DNA of 64,000 bases, from contig OZ242365.1 in the NCBI GenBank assembly GCA_965208905.1, positions 352,001-416,000 of the forward strand, given 5' to 3'. The stretch is from Nitrosopumilaceae archaeon. Lineage in GTDB: Archaea > Thermoproteota > Nitrososphaeria > Nitrososphaerales > Nitrosopumilaceae. Shown here in pieces: positions 1 to 10,045 of the stretch. Numbering within the stretch: the stretch's first letter is position 1; each line of letters begins with the position of its first letter. Under the pieces are notes generated by a model. That model was not told the origin of the DNA, did no database searches, and was given only the letters and a program-made list of their open reading frames with translations. The position numbers were made by a program, and so were the translations under genes.

Positions 1-57
1 TCAGCTGAATTTACAATATTTCTCCTTTTAGTATATAAAGAACATAGTATTGTTTAT

Positions 58-1477
58 GGGAATTATATACCTGGGTAGACAAGGCTAGTTCTGGAGGGTA
101 CATGTTTATAAAGTATTATGATGTATAAAACTACATGTATCGATCTTATGGCTTCCGCGTAAACCTGACGCGCTCTCAGGCGCGTCACATATCCAAAATA
201 CGGGACTCACAGCGGTTCGTGTACAACTGGGCCGTGGAGCGGCTGCTTACTAACCCCACACTCACTACATATGACCTCTCCAGAGAGTTCACCAAGGTGA
301 GGCGTTCCGTATCGTGGCTGCAAACAGTGGAGCGCATATACCAAAATACGGCCATCCATCAGGCCCGCACTGCTGCGGATGTCTCGAACAAATACGGCAA
401 CGGCGAGCTGAGTTTCCGCGCCAGAAAGCGCGATAATAAAAAGGCAGTATCATGTGATGTACAGCCGCGATTTGTGGACAACAGGCACGCGTCATTGCCG
501 GGCCTTGGTGTTGTTGAGTTGCCTGAGGAGCAGCCATATCAATTTCCACACAACTGGCTGTATGGCTCAAGGTCTTTCCATTTGGTGCAGGTTACACCAA
601 AGTCGTGGGGGCACGTCAAGTCATGTGACCATATCTATCGGCTGCACATAACATATGACGTACCAGTACCCGAACGGCGCGCCAAGACCGGTGTTGTTGC
701 CGGCATAGACAGGGGGATAACAAATCCAACGGTTGTCTGTAAGACAGACCACAACACTTCGTGTATAATATCGTATGACACGGCAACCGCATTCCGCACG
801 AACCGTACATGGAATGATGGTGTGCGCCGTACCATATCACACCACAACAAGCATTCTCATACAACACACAAGATGAAACGCAAACGAGAAAAGTACAATC
901 GTGGTAATGCGAATGACCGCGAGTATGCGGAGTGGCTTCTAGCCAAGAAGATATGCGAGGGCGTGGATGTAATATATGTCGAACAGCTCAACCTTGAGGC
1001 CATGAGCAGGCGCGGTGGTAGGCACAAGAAAGGTCTGAACAGGGGAATGAGGTTTATTCGGCATTATGCAATATTGCGAAAGATCCGCACCATCGCAGAG
1101 CGGCTGGGCATCCGTGTAGTAGAGGTAAGTCCAAAGCACACAAGCCAGGAGTGCAGTGTGTGCGGCTACACAAACAAGGAGAACCGAGACGGGGAGATGT
1201 TCAAGTGTCTCAAATGTGACCACGTGGCAAACGCCGACGGCAATGCGTCGGTGAATATGATTCAACGGGGGACCGGTATGAAGGTTCCCGCGGGGGAAGG
1301 AATGGCCCTCGAAAGGCGTGAAATGGGCCGGACCCGGAAGCCACCTGTTTGTGCAGTTCCGGACGCCAGACGGCGGCGTGAGAATCAAGCGTGCAATCGA
1401 CCCAAAACATCAAGCGTCATGAAGCACCTGGGAATGTACGCGTATGTTACGCGTGCATACCCAGGTATATAATTCCC
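58..1477 (+). mobile_element. Non-autonomous TIR element carrying tnpB (element A1; IS1595/ISNwi-like ends)
   Basis: Perfect 20-bp TIR GGGAATTATATACCTGGGTA at 58-77, inverted at 1458-1477. Flanking 8-bp direct repeat TTGTTTAT (50-57) / TTGTTCAT (1478-1485). Only ORF is tnpB. Confidence 0.88.
135..1472 (+). CDS. tnpB: TnpB RNA-guided endonuclease (subfamily A)
   Basis: RuvC-I GIDRG, RuvC-II VEQL, TSQECSVCG...CLKC zinc finger, RuvC-III NADGNASVNM; ~70-aa C-terminal tail with stop inside the TIR. Confidence 0.92.
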   Translation: MYRSYGFRVNLTRSQARHISKIRDSQRFVYNWAVERLLTNPTLTTYDLSREFTKVRRSVSWLQTVERIYQNTAIHQARTAADVSNKYGNGELSFRARKRDNKKAVSCDVQPRFVDNRHASLPGLGVVELPEEQPYQFPHNWLYGSRSFHLVQVTPKSWGHVKSCDHIYRLHITYDVPVPERRAKTGVVAGIDRGITNPTVVCKTDHNTSCIISYDTATAFRTNRTWNDGVRRTISHHNKHSHTTHKMKRKREKYNRGNANDREYAEWLLAKKICEGVDVIYVEQLNLEAMSRRGGRHKKGLNRGMRFIRHYAILRKIRTIAERLGIRVVEVSPKHTSQECSVCGYTNKENRDGEMFKCLKCDHVANADGNASVNMIQRGTGMKVPAGEGMALERREMGRTRKPPVCAVPDARRRRENQACNRPKTSSVMKHLGMYAYVTRAYPGI

Positions 1478-1560
1478 TTGTTCATGAAACAGTTGTTCCA
1501 CACAGGCGTAAAGAAGTGTTTCATAACACTCCTCTTAATACCTCTTGATGTATACTCAGT

Positions 1561-1848
1561 ATGGTAAAGAAACAGTACAGGTCCGAGATTGGAATAGTCG
1601 GAGACATACTTGATGTTACAGCAGATGCAGGGAGAGATGGTGCCCTAGTTTCAGAGATTACAAGATGCGCCAACCTCTCACACTATGTAACTCTAGCAAA
1701 ATGTGACAAACTGGTTAGTGCTGGCTTGGTAAAGCCAGACAGAAATGGACGTAGTCGTGTATTTCTGATAACTGACAAGGGTCGACAGTTTATCCATGAG
1801 TTAGAGAGATTTCGTATCACCGCCCAAGGCCTTAATTTGAGGTTTTGA
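1561..1848 (+). CDS. Winged-helix transcriptional regulator (archaeal HTH_45-like)
   Basis: YRSEIGIVGDIL...ANLSH...LITDKG pattern. Confidence 0.8.
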   Translation: MVKKQYRSEIGIVGDILDVTADAGRDGALVSEITRCANLSHYVTLAKCDKLVSAGLVKPDRNGRSRVFLITDKGRQFIHELERFRITAQGLNLRF

Positions 1849-1916
1849 TATGTCTGCGCAGGCTGTCGTATGTGTAACGACAAACTTTGATCTAGGGAAT
1901 AGTTTTTGTAACAATC

Positions 1917-2885
1917 ATGTTAATATCATACCTGATGCTGTCCTTGAAAGTTGTTTTTATTGTGGTGATTGTTTGCAGTGTAATGGGTATGGCATATGGC
2001 TCAACCCAGACAATGAGTGTGGAGGTGTATTCGGATGGTCTTGCCCACATATCCACATACATAACACCAGAAGAGGAGAGTCCAGCCTTGAATATCGCCC
2101 TTTTAGGTTCGGAGATAGACAACTTTATAGCAATGGGACAGAACGACGTATTGCTGGCCGCCGAGGTTGCGGGGGATTCAGCTTTGCTTAACACATTCGA
2201 CTCGGGTACTGTATCTGTAAAGTATGATGTGCATGATCTGATATCCAAAGATGGGCGTGTCTGGACTTTTGCTCTCAACTCTACCATAAAATATACGCTG
2301 ATAATGCCCAGTGGGGCGGTCATTGTGGGGATGAACATCATACCAATATCATTAGATATGATAGATGGAAAGACGCATCTAGAGTTACCATCAGGAGATG
2401 CGGTAATAACATACATTCTTAGCGCAGTCCGAGACTCTGTTGAGTCTGACATGAGTTCTGATAATACATCTGAGGATAGCACAGTATTATGGGTGTTGAT
2501 TGCTTTTGGTGCTGTGGGCGCTTTTATAGCTGTATGGTACTACAAGAGGCCTGCTGCAGGTGTACAAGTCAATGATACCACACCAGAGAAGACCAGAGAA
2601 ATGTATATGTCTGAAGGTGTACAAGTCAATGATACCACACCCACGCCTGAGAGTATCTTTGAGCGCATACCTGATTTGAGGGAGGATGATAAGGAGATAG
2701 TTAGGTATCTCTTTCAAAATGGCGGAGAAGCATCCGAGAGTAGTATTCGTAAAAAGTTCCTACAACCGCGCACCACTATGTGGAGGACGATAAAAAGATT
2801 AGAGAGGGTTGGAGCCGTCAGTGTCGTAAAAAAGGACTCTCTTAATGTTGTAAGATTAAAGTCTAATTCGGAGGTCGTACCATGA
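1917..2885 (+). CDS. Membrane-anchored protein with extracellular N-domain and C-terminal winged HTH
   Basis: Signal-like N-terminus, TM segment VLWVLIAFGAVGAFIAVWYY, C-terminal HTH PRTTMWRTIKRLER. Confidence 0.75.
   Translation: MLISYLMLSLKVVFIVVIVCSVMGMAYGSTQTMSVEVYSDGLAHISTYITPEEESPALNIALLGSEIDNFIAMGQNDVLLAAEVAGDSALLNTFDSGTVSVKYDVHDLISKDGRVWTFALNSTIKYTLIMPSGAVIVGMNIIPISLDMIDGKTHLELPSGDAVITYILSAVRDSVESDMSSDNTSEDSTVLWVLIAFGAVGAFIAVWYYKRPAAGVQVNDTTPEKTREMYMSEGVQVNDTTPTPESIFERIPDLREDDKEIVRYLFQNGGEASESSIRKKFLQPRTTMWRTIKRLERVGAVSVVKKDSLNVVRLKSNSEVVP
2558..2641 (+). repeat. 27-bp in-frame direct repeat (GVQVNDTTP x2)
   Basis: AGGTGTACAAGTCAATGATACCACACC at 2558-2584 and 2615-2641. Confidence 0.9.
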
Positions 2886-3838
2886 TTATACCAACACTGG
2901 TAGTTACGGTTTTGGTGGCAGTTCTAATACCCATGGCCAGTGCGGAGACGGAGACTGAGACTGACCCGGCAATACTACATAAACTGGCAACGGAGGCGCA
3001 GATTCACGTTGAGGAGCAGATACAAGAGTCTGATGCGCCTCAGGTGTGGAATCTTTTGAACAATGGTACTGCACATGTAAATTTTATACTCAATGCTACA
3101 ACCGTTGAGGAGTCATCAGATCATTTTCTAGCTGCCATGGAGGCGTTTAGACAGGCAGTCGAGATAATGGGGAAGGATACGCCTATTGAGGATATATCTG
3201 ACTATTCAGAGAGGCTTGAAAGAGATGCTCGATACTTTGAGCAGTTGTTGTACCTGGTCGACGCATACGACATGAGTATAGATGTAGCAGAGCTAGAAGG
3301 CCTGTTTAGTACGGCCAGAGCCATGCTGCAAGATAATGATGGGGACGTTGAAGAGGTGCTAGACAGTATAGCATTAGGTATTGAGAGTCTGCGGGAAGAG
3401 ATAACAGTAGTTGCCACAGAGAAGGAACAAGAACGCGCCATTCAATACGCCCAGGAGTATCTGATTCAGCTGGACAGGTTTTTGGAGGTCGCCGATGACT
3501 CGGACATACCAGATGATGTTATAGAAGAGATACAGGCATTGCGTAGTAAATTAGAGGAGGCCACACAGTCCGATGTCATTGTATCTATAATACTAGAGAT
3601 AATATCCATAAAGGAGGGCTTAAGTTTGGATACTGTTGATCAGTTACAGTTATGGGGCCTGCAACTTGAGGATACTGTCAGGCAATTTTGGATAGATGAC
3701 AAAATAGATGATGCCGAATATACATCGGCTTTAGTGACACTAGAAAAGTGCCGATTCTTTTTGGATATAGAAGAGATAGATGAGGCCGAAACGCTACTAG
3801 ATGAGTTGAACAACTGGCTTGTGGATATAGAAGGTTAG
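2882..3838 (+). CDS. Exported acidic alpha-helical hypothetical protein
   Basis: Signal peptide, very D/E-rich, ATGA overlap with the upstream gene. Confidence 0.7.
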   Translation: MIIPTLVVTVLVAVLIPMASAETETETDPAILHKLATEAQIHVEEQIQESDAPQVWNLLNNGTAHVNFILNATTVEESSDHFLAAMEAFRQAVEIMGKDTPIEDISDYSERLERDARYFEQLLYLVDAYDMSIDVAELEGLFSTARAMLQDNDGDVEEVLDSIALGIESLREEITVVATEKEQERAIQYAQEYLIQLDRFLEVADDSDIPDDVIEEIQALRSKLEEATQSDVIVSIILEIISIKEGLSLDTVDQLQLWGLQLEDTVRQFWIDDKIDDAEYTSALVTLEKCRFFLDIEEIDEAETLLDELNNWLVDIEG

Positions 3839-3885
3839 TGGTGAGCAGACCAAAAATTCATATATTTTCCAATTGTGTCAACTTT

Positions 3886-4080
3886 ATGGCATCTAGGGCT
3901 ATTACAGTTGGGGTAGGAATACCCATGATTGTGGTGGGCGCCCTTATGGCAGTATTATGGGCTCCGTTGGAGGGGGATATACAGCCAACAGTTGAGTTTG
4001 TAGGTAGTCTGATTGGAATATTAGGGGTGGTCTTTTTCATATCTGGACTCTTTTACACAAAAGAGCCGGTACTACATTAG
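3886..4080 (+). CDS. Small two-TM membrane protein
   Basis: Two hydrophobic helices; ATG at 3886 preferred over GTG at 3838. Confidence 0.7.
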   Translation: MASRAITVGVGIPMIVVGALMAVLWAPLEGDIQPTVEFVGSLIGILGVVFFISGLFYTKEPVLH

Positions 4081-4114
4081 ATATAATGAGACGTTTGTAT
4101 GATGTGTGGGAGAC

Positions 4115-4828
4115 ATGAGTGTTCGCGTATTTGAGGTGTTTACATCGATTGAGGGTGAGGGTATATTGTGTGGAACAAAGACACTCTTCTTTAGGCTGGC
4201 TGGTTGTCCGTTCTCGTGTTTTTACTGTGACACTACTGAGGCACTGCCTGCTGACTCGGGGGTTGAGTATTCACTGCATGATGCGCAGGTTTTGATAGAC
4301 AAAAATCTACAAGAACACACCCATAAAGTAAATTTTACAGGTGGAGATCCTTTAATACAGTATAAATCCGTGGCATTACTAGCCAAATATGTTCAGACGT
4401 TGGGAGTATTCACATATCTGGAATCCGCGTGTTTTGATTCAAAACGATTCGCTCATGTGCTACCTTACTTTGACTACATCAAGATAGAGTTCAAGACTCC
4501 GGATTCAGAATTTGTTAAATCGCATAATTATAGCACGGTATATGAAAATATGTTACAGTGTTTGGCCAAGTCGGTTCAGTCTGATAAAACCACCTATATC
4601 AAAGTGGTGGTGAGTAGTCGTACCACTTTAGAGTACATGCAAAGGCTCATTCAGGACATATGTGGTGTTGCAACCCCGCAGGAGTTATCTGGATTTATTA
4701 TACAGCCAACGTATGGTGTTGAAGAGCCATCATTAGGTAGTCTATTAGAGATGTATGATACAATACATACAAGATACTCGGATGTTAGAGTAGTGCCCCA
4801 ATTGCACAAGTATTTAGGCGCTCCATAA
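4115..4828 (+). CDS. queE: 7-carboxy-7-deazaguanine synthase (radical SAM)
   Basis: EVFTSIEGEG, RLAGCPFSCFYCDT, TGGDP, VPQLHK. Confidence 0.9.
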   Translation: MSVRVFEVFTSIEGEGILCGTKTLFFRLAGCPFSCFYCDTTEALPADSGVEYSLHDAQVLIDKNLQEHTHKVNFTGGDPLIQYKSVALLAKYVQTLGVFTYLESACFDSKRFAHVLPYFDYIKIEFKTPDSEFVKSHNYSTVYENMLQCLAKSVQSDKTTYIKVVVSSRTTLEYMQRLIQDICGVATPQELSGFIIQPTYGVEEPSLGSLLEMYDTIHTRYSDVRVVPQLHKYLGAP

Positions 4829-4894
4829 CATTTGTGTTCTAACTTTTTGTTATCATGCGCACGGTTCAAATAACACAGTACAATATTATATTAC

Positions 4895-5449
4895 ATGGAT
4901 AGCGAGAGAGTACAAAAACTTGTTCGAGAGTTGATAATAGAGATAGGTGAGGACCCCACACGTGAGGGGCTTCGGGACACCCCTGCAAGAATAGCAAATA
5001 TGTATAAGGAGATATTTGCAGGATATGATGCCCCATCTGAATTGGAGGTACAGTTCTGTGAAGATTCAGATGTCGTAGTGGTCCGGGACATACAGTTCTA
5101 CTCAATGTGTGAACATCATATGATGCCATTTTATGGTAAGGTCAGCATCGCATACTCCCCCAATGGCCGAGTCTTTGGAATATCAAAGTTGGTGCGCGTA
5201 GTAGAAAAGTATGCAAAACGTCTCCAGATACAGGAGCGACTCACAAAAAATGTTGCAGACGAGTTATACTCCCGAGGAGTCCGGGGTGTGGCAGTATTTG
5301 CTGATGCCGAGCATCTCTGTATGAAGATGCGGGGTGTGCGCAGCCATGCCAAAGTGACTTCGGCTGCATATCGTGGAATATTTGAGAGTCGTGAGGAGAA
5401 GGATGCCATCCTCTCAATGGTGCGTCGCCGTGCCGCGGATCCCGTTTGA
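4895..5449 (+). CDS. folE: GTP cyclohydrolase I
   Basis: REGLRDTPAR, SMCEHH, GISK, LQIQERLT, HLCMKMRG. Confidence 0.95.
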   Translation: MDSERVQKLVRELIIEIGEDPTREGLRDTPARIANMYKEIFAGYDAPSELEVQFCEDSDVVVVRDIQFYSMCEHHMMPFYGKVSIAYSPNGRVFGISKLVRVVEKYAKRLQIQERLTKNVADELYSRGVRGVAVFADAEHLCMKMRGVRSHAKVTSAAYRGIFESREEKDAILSMVRRRAADPV

Positions 5450-5584
5450 GTGTCTTCGGGTAGATCCAGTATTGTAAATTCTACTAAAATTATAACTTTC
5501 ATGGTCCGACTTCGGCACAAGTCCTCCTCCGCACAAGTTTGGGGGTTCAAGTAAACATTTTTAGAGACCAAAATTGCACGCAAC

Positions 5585-6325
5585 GTGTTGACTGATAAAG
5601 TTGCCATAGTCACTGGTGCCAGTAGTGGTATTGGTCGTGCTACAGCTCAAAGTCTGGCAAAGAAAGGAGTTCGAGTAGTCTTGGGAGCTAGAAGGCGTGA
5701 TAGACTAGATGAGTTGGTGTCTGAGATTCAAAGTGTTGGAGGTCAGGCCTTATCGTTTGTAACTGATGTTGCGCAACGACAGAGTTGTGAGGATTTAATA
5801 CGGTACGCCATAGAACAGTGGGGCCGTATAGACATCTTAGTGAACAATGCTGGCCTTATGCCTCTCAGTTTCATAAAGAATCTACATGTAGACGAATGGG
5901 ATAGGATGATTGATGTAAACATCAAGGGTGTGCTGTATTGTACGGCTGCCGCCTTACCCCACATGCTAACTGCAAAGTCCGGTCACATAATCAACGTCTC
6001 GTCAGTTGCGGGCCGCATAGTGTTTCCGGCCGGCAGTGTTTACTGCGCAACAAAGCATGCGGTTACAGCCTTTAGTGAAGGGTTACGACAAGAGTTAAGC
6101 ACACGAAAGAATATTCGGGTGACATGTATTGAACCGGGGGTTGTTGCGACCGAGCTTACCAGTACAATAACAGATGAGTCGCTACAGGAATATGTTGAGG
6201 GCGCAAAGAAGATGGCGGCCTTACAGTCTCAAGATATAGCAGATGCTATACTATATGCAGTATTCTCACCCAATCACGTTAATGTCAACGAGATACTAAT
6301 TCGCCCCACCGCTCAGGAGCGATAG
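5585..6325 (+). CDS. Short-chain dehydrogenase/reductase
   Basis: TGASSGIG, NNAG, YCATK. Confidence 0.93.
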   Translation: MLTDKVAIVTGASSGIGRATAQSLAKKGVRVVLGARRRDRLDELVSEIQSVGGQALSFVTDVAQRQSCEDLIRYAIEQWGRIDILVNNAGLMPLSFIKNLHVDEWDRMIDVNIKGVLYCTAAALPHMLTAKSGHIINVSSVAGRIVFPAGSVYCATKHAVTAFSEGLRQELSTRKNIRVTCIEPGVVATELTSTITDESLQEYVEGAKKMAALQSQDIADAILYAVFSPNHVNVNEILIRPTAQER

Positions 6326-6326
6326 A

Positions 6327-7460
6327 GTGGCAAAGATTCCTCATATTGTGATATTAGGTGGTGGATTTGGAGGGCTATCTGCCGCATTAGAGATTCGTAC
6401 TCGGTTGTCTGCTGCGCAAGCTCGCGTGACAGTTGTGGATAGAAAGGATTGGTTCATGGTGGGTTTTGCCAAGCTCTGGATAATTCAAGGAACACGTACA
6501 TTTGAAGAGTCCATCGCCCCTTTGGAGAACCTCTCAAAAAAGGATATAGAATTTGTCAGAGCAGAAGTACGAGAGTTAGACACTATACAGAAACATGTGG
6601 AGACATCCAAAGGACGACTATCCTATGACTATCTGATAGTGGCCATGGGTGCCCACTTGGCACCAAATAGTATACCGGGTCTGGCCGAGTATGGTCTCAA
6701 CCTGTATGATCATGACCATCTAGAAACCATACGTAAAAGATTAATGGATATAAAGTCCGGTTCAGTTGCCATCGTCATATCATCCATGCCTTACAAATGC
6801 CCGCCGGCTCCCTTTGAGGCGGCCATGTTGATAGACTCGCTACTCAACGAAATAGGGAGTCGTAAAAGCATATCGATAGAGGTGTATGGTCCAGGGCCCA
6901 TTACACTGCCTGCAGCAGGTCCAGAGATCAGCGGCCGCATCTTAGATATGATACGGCAGAGAGATATACAGTTTCATGGATCTCACAAGTTGGTTTCAGT
7001 GAAAGAGTCCGACATTATATTTGAAGATGTAACCAAAAAGTTCGATGTATTGCTTGTTGTTCCACCCCATGTAGTGCCACCAGTAGTATCAGTTTTAACA
7101 GATTCAGAACCATTTATTAAAATAGATCGTTTTGGAAGAACACGTCTACATAATGTCTATGCAGTGGGCGACATCACCACACTACCTGGTGGCAAGGGTC
7201 CGGTTCCAAAGGCGGGTGTATTTGCCGAAGGGGAAGGGGCGGTGGTTGCCAGAGATATCATAGCAAAGATAACAGATGGTGATGGTCCTGAGCCCTACGA
7301 TGGTAAGGGAGGCTGTTTTATAGAGTCTGGCCAGAGTACAGCATCCATAATACAGGTAGATGCTTTTGAGCCGTCAACCACACTGAGTGAGCCCACACAG
7401 TCTAATCTTGAAGCAAAGCTGCAGTTTGAGAAAGACCATCTGCAGGGCTGGCTGGGCTAG
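6327..7460 (+). CDS. FAD-dependent oxidoreductase, sulfide:quinone oxidoreductase-like
   Basis: GGGFGG, YKCPPAPFE, YAVGD, PKAG, GGCFIE. Confidence 0.8.
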   Translation: MAKIPHIVILGGGFGGLSAALEIRTRLSAAQARVTVVDRKDWFMVGFAKLWIIQGTRTFEESIAPLENLSKKDIEFVRAEVRELDTIQKHVETSKGRLSYDYLIVAMGAHLAPNSIPGLAEYGLNLYDHDHLETIRKRLMDIKSGSVAIVISSMPYKCPPAPFEAAMLIDSLLNEIGSRKSISIEVYGPGPITLPAAGPEISGRILDMIRQRDIQFHGSHKLVSVKESDIIFEDVTKKFDVLLVVPPHVVPPVVSVLTDSEPFIKIDRFGRTRLHNVYAVGDITTLPGGKGPVPKAGVFAEGEGAVVARDIIAKITDGDGPEPYDGKGGCFIESGQSTASIIQVDAFEPSTTLSEPTQSNLEAKLQFEKDHLQGWLG

Positions 7461-7651
7461 TTTGTATCACTTTTATTCATATGTTCCAAGAGGGCCTGGA
7501 GCTCCTTTCCAAGCTTAATATCGCTGGAGCCCAAATTTGTTATAGCCTTCTTCTTCAAGTCCTCATTCTCCATCTCCAACCTTGCTTTCTCTATGCAGTC
7601 TATGTGGTCTCTGCCTGTGGCAGATATGCGATTGCAGATTGAACACAACAT
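7457..7651 (-). CDS. Small hypothetical protein, possible zinc binder
   Basis: CxxC...HxxC at the N-terminus; fills the intergenic gap. Confidence 0.55.
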   Translation of the reverse strand: MLCSICNRISATGRDHIDCIEKARLEMENEDLKKKAITNLGSSDIKLGKELQALLEHMNKSDTN

Positions 7652-7710
7652 GTTATAGTTATTAAAAAAAACGACAATTTAATAATTTCAAAATATGTGC
7701 TGTATAGTAT

Positions 7711-7788
7711 GGGACCGTCGTCTAGCTTGGCCATGATGCTAGCCTGGGGTGCTAGAGGTCGTGAGTTCGAATCTCACCGGTCCCACCA
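7711..7788 (+). tRNA. tRNA-Pro(GGG)
   Basis: Acceptor stem GGGACCG/CGGTCCC, anticodon arm CTAGC-CTGGGGT-GCTAG, T-loop GTTCGAATC, encoded CCA. Confidence 0.93.
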
Positions 7789-7956
7789 TTCTGTGGTATT
7801 ATTATAGAGGGGAAGGATTGGTTCAAAAAATTGATAGTCCTTTGTGCTCGGCCTAGCGTACAGCAAACTACCTTTGGTGTTGCATATAGTATTTTTTAGT
7901 GATCTATATTGTTAAATAGCATTATATACATGAATAAACATTCATATATAATTCCC

Positions 7957-8760
7957 TTAAATTTGTCCCTGTTTTTCGCTTTCAGATGTGGTTGAGGCAT
8001 CACCGCCCATAACTACGTCTAGTAGTCTTTGAAACGTCTCGTATGATGGATTGCGTTTGTAAATGCGTAGTTCAGGTATCAGTGTGGAGGGTTTTGGCGA
8101 ATCATATATTGTATGTATCTTTGATGCCAGTGCCGAGTTTATCAGCATGCTTTGAGTTGCTGAGGTTACATTGGATACGCGTCTATCCAGACTACTACTC
8201 TCAAAGTCGATTAGTGTAGGAGTATTATTATTTATGATGACATGTTTGTATATGTTGGTTAGCTCACCATGATCCAACCCCAGGCAATCCAGACGGAAAC
8301 AATCTTTCAATATATTACGTATTACGCGCTTTAGTTGCTGAGCATTACTAACAATATTTAATATCCATTCACCAATACCAAATCCACTCAGATACTCCAT
8401 GACAATAATATCATCATGAAACTCCAATAAACGCGGACCCACATCCACCCCATTTGCCAGCTTTAACAGTCTGGCCTCGGGTACCATCGTATCCCTAACA
8501 GAGTCGGAGCGCTTAATCTTTAGTGCCACTCTTTGGTTGTTTAAGAGTGCCAGTAAAACTATACCAGAGTGACCTTTGCCCAATATGGGAATCCCCTGTA
8601 ATTGAATACGACCAGCAAATGATATACCATCTACTCCCATATCAGACAGAATAGATATTCTGTCCAAGCTAATGCCAAAGTCTGCGCGGGGGTAGTCAAA
8701 GATGATACTGTATCGTTTGGCATCTAGTGTATCAATGGGAAGAAACTGCGGCTCCATCAT
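7957..8760 (-). CDS. RIO-like Ser/Thr protein kinase
   Basis: LGKGHSGIV, ALK, DHGEL, IDFE. Confidence 0.85.
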   Translation of the reverse strand: MMEPQFLPIDTLDAKRYSIIFDYPRADFGISLDRISILSDMGVDGISFAGRIQLQGIPILGKGHSGIVLLALLNNQRVALKIKRSDSVRDTMVPEARLLKLANGVDVGPRLLEFHDDIIVMEYLSGFGIGEWILNIVSNAQQLKRVIRNILKDCFRLDCLGLDHGELTNIYKHVIINNNTPTLIDFESSSLDRRVSNVTSATQSMLINSALASKIHTIYDSPKPSTLIPELRIYKRNPSYETFQRLLDVVMGGDASTTSESEKQGQI

Positions 8761-10045
8761 CAGACATCAAAGGGGCGGCGTATTGTTTAATTAAATCATT
8801 AAATTGCTCTCCGCCTGTTAGTGTGTACGTCTTTATATCGTTGTGCAGACCAGCAGGGATTCCTGCTACAGTAGGGTTTGTTAAAAGATGATCTAATATC
8901 TCAAATATGCTGGTGTACTGCCTGTCCTCCAGGCATAGCAATGTCATGTCATCAGAGACCCAAATAATATTATTATTTTTTGCAATAAAACTAGTTATAG
9001 CGTTCTTTAAAAATACACTCGGGCCTTGGCGGATAAATATTTTAGATAGGTAGAATGACTCCAAAAAAAGAAATATGTATATCTGCTGCTCAAGTATGGC
9101 AATATGGTGTTTTATTACTATAAAATTGTGTAATTGTAACTGGCGTTTCAATGCCGAAAGTGTCTTTTTGGTCTGTCCCCACACCACATCAAGAGATTTA
9201 TCGGTATGTCTAAATTTTATACATATCACATTACTCCAATTGTTATGATTTTTGGTATGTCTATTCTCAAATGTATAACGAGACGGATTTTTTAAAAAAG
9301 CTCGGCAAGCAAGTATGAATAATGCAATATTTCTCTTGGATATGGCGGCTGCCAGATTGCGATTATTATCTATGGGGTCTGTAATGGTAACTGCGGTATC
9401 AAAGTTTTTAGATGTAATACCAATAACGCCACCAGGTTTTATGTGGGCAATGTTTTGTATTACGTTTAAAAATCCTCCAAAGTTTAGTATTAATGTCTCA
9501 GCAGCATATCCACTAAATCCTTGGCTTGCTATCTCTGCGCCATATATGTTATAATTTTTAAGAAATTTTTTTAGAGTGCGTACCTCGTCTTTTTGAGATT
9601 CTGTAAGGTGTTCTTGCATGTGTCTTGTATGATATGGGGACCTATCTGCGGCGCTCTGCCATCTGCCTTTTTCAACATCATAACATGGTACTACATTTAT
9701 TATTACACCATCAACCTCTGCAATGAGATATGGGTGTTCGGCATACTTCTCATATGGATCAAAGTCTTTGAGGGCATTATACCCCACCCTTTTTGATAGT
9801 TTTGTAAACATCTCTCGGCGTACATCCTTGTTAAATTTTACAAAAACATCAATATCCGCCGAGTTAGCCAACCATGTACCCTTGGCGTATGACCCACCCA
9901 CTTCTATACCAGATATCTGGGGCACCTTCTCTGCTTCGTTTGATATCAATGTTAAAACTTTATCCACCGTACAGGATTTTTCTTTTATCTCTTCTTCTGT
10001 GGGCCGTGCCTCTTGAATTATGTCTTGTATGTTTATCAATTGCAA
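8732..10045 (-). CDS. cca: Class I CCA-adding enzyme
   Basis: GGSYAKGTWL...DIDVF, AEHPY, SAADRSPYHT, GFSGY. Confidence 0.93.
   Translation of the reverse strand: MQLINIQDIIQEARPTEEEIKEKSCTVDKVLTLISNEAEKVPQISGIEVGGSYAKGTWLANSADIDVFVKFNKDVRREMFTKLSKRVGYNALKDFDPYEKYAEHPYLIAEVDGVIINVVPCYDVEKGRWQSAADRSPYHTRHMQEHLTESQKDEVRTLKKFLKNYNIYGAEIASQGFSGYAAETLILNFGGFLNVIQNIAHIKPGGVIGITSKNFDTAVTITDPIDNNRNLAAAISKRNIALFILACRAFLKNPSRYTFENRHTKNHNNWSNVICIKFRHTDKSLDVVWGQTKKTLSALKRQLQLHNFIVIKHHIAILEQQIYIFLFLESFYLSKIFIRQGPSVFLKNAITSFIAKNNNIIWVSDDMTLLCLEDRQYTSIFEILDHLLTNPTVAGIPAGLHNDIKTYTLTGGEQFNDLIKQYAAPLMSDDGAAVSSH

Noticed and set aside
4115-5449. queE-folE as a DNA 7-deazaguanine modification (dpd) island
   Set aside because: No dpdA/tgt-like gene is nearby; ordinary archaeosine or pterin synthesis explains it.
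7711-7956. tRNA-Pro as an integration site
   Set aside because: No integrase and no duplicated tRNA 3' end were seen; flanking genes are housekeeping.
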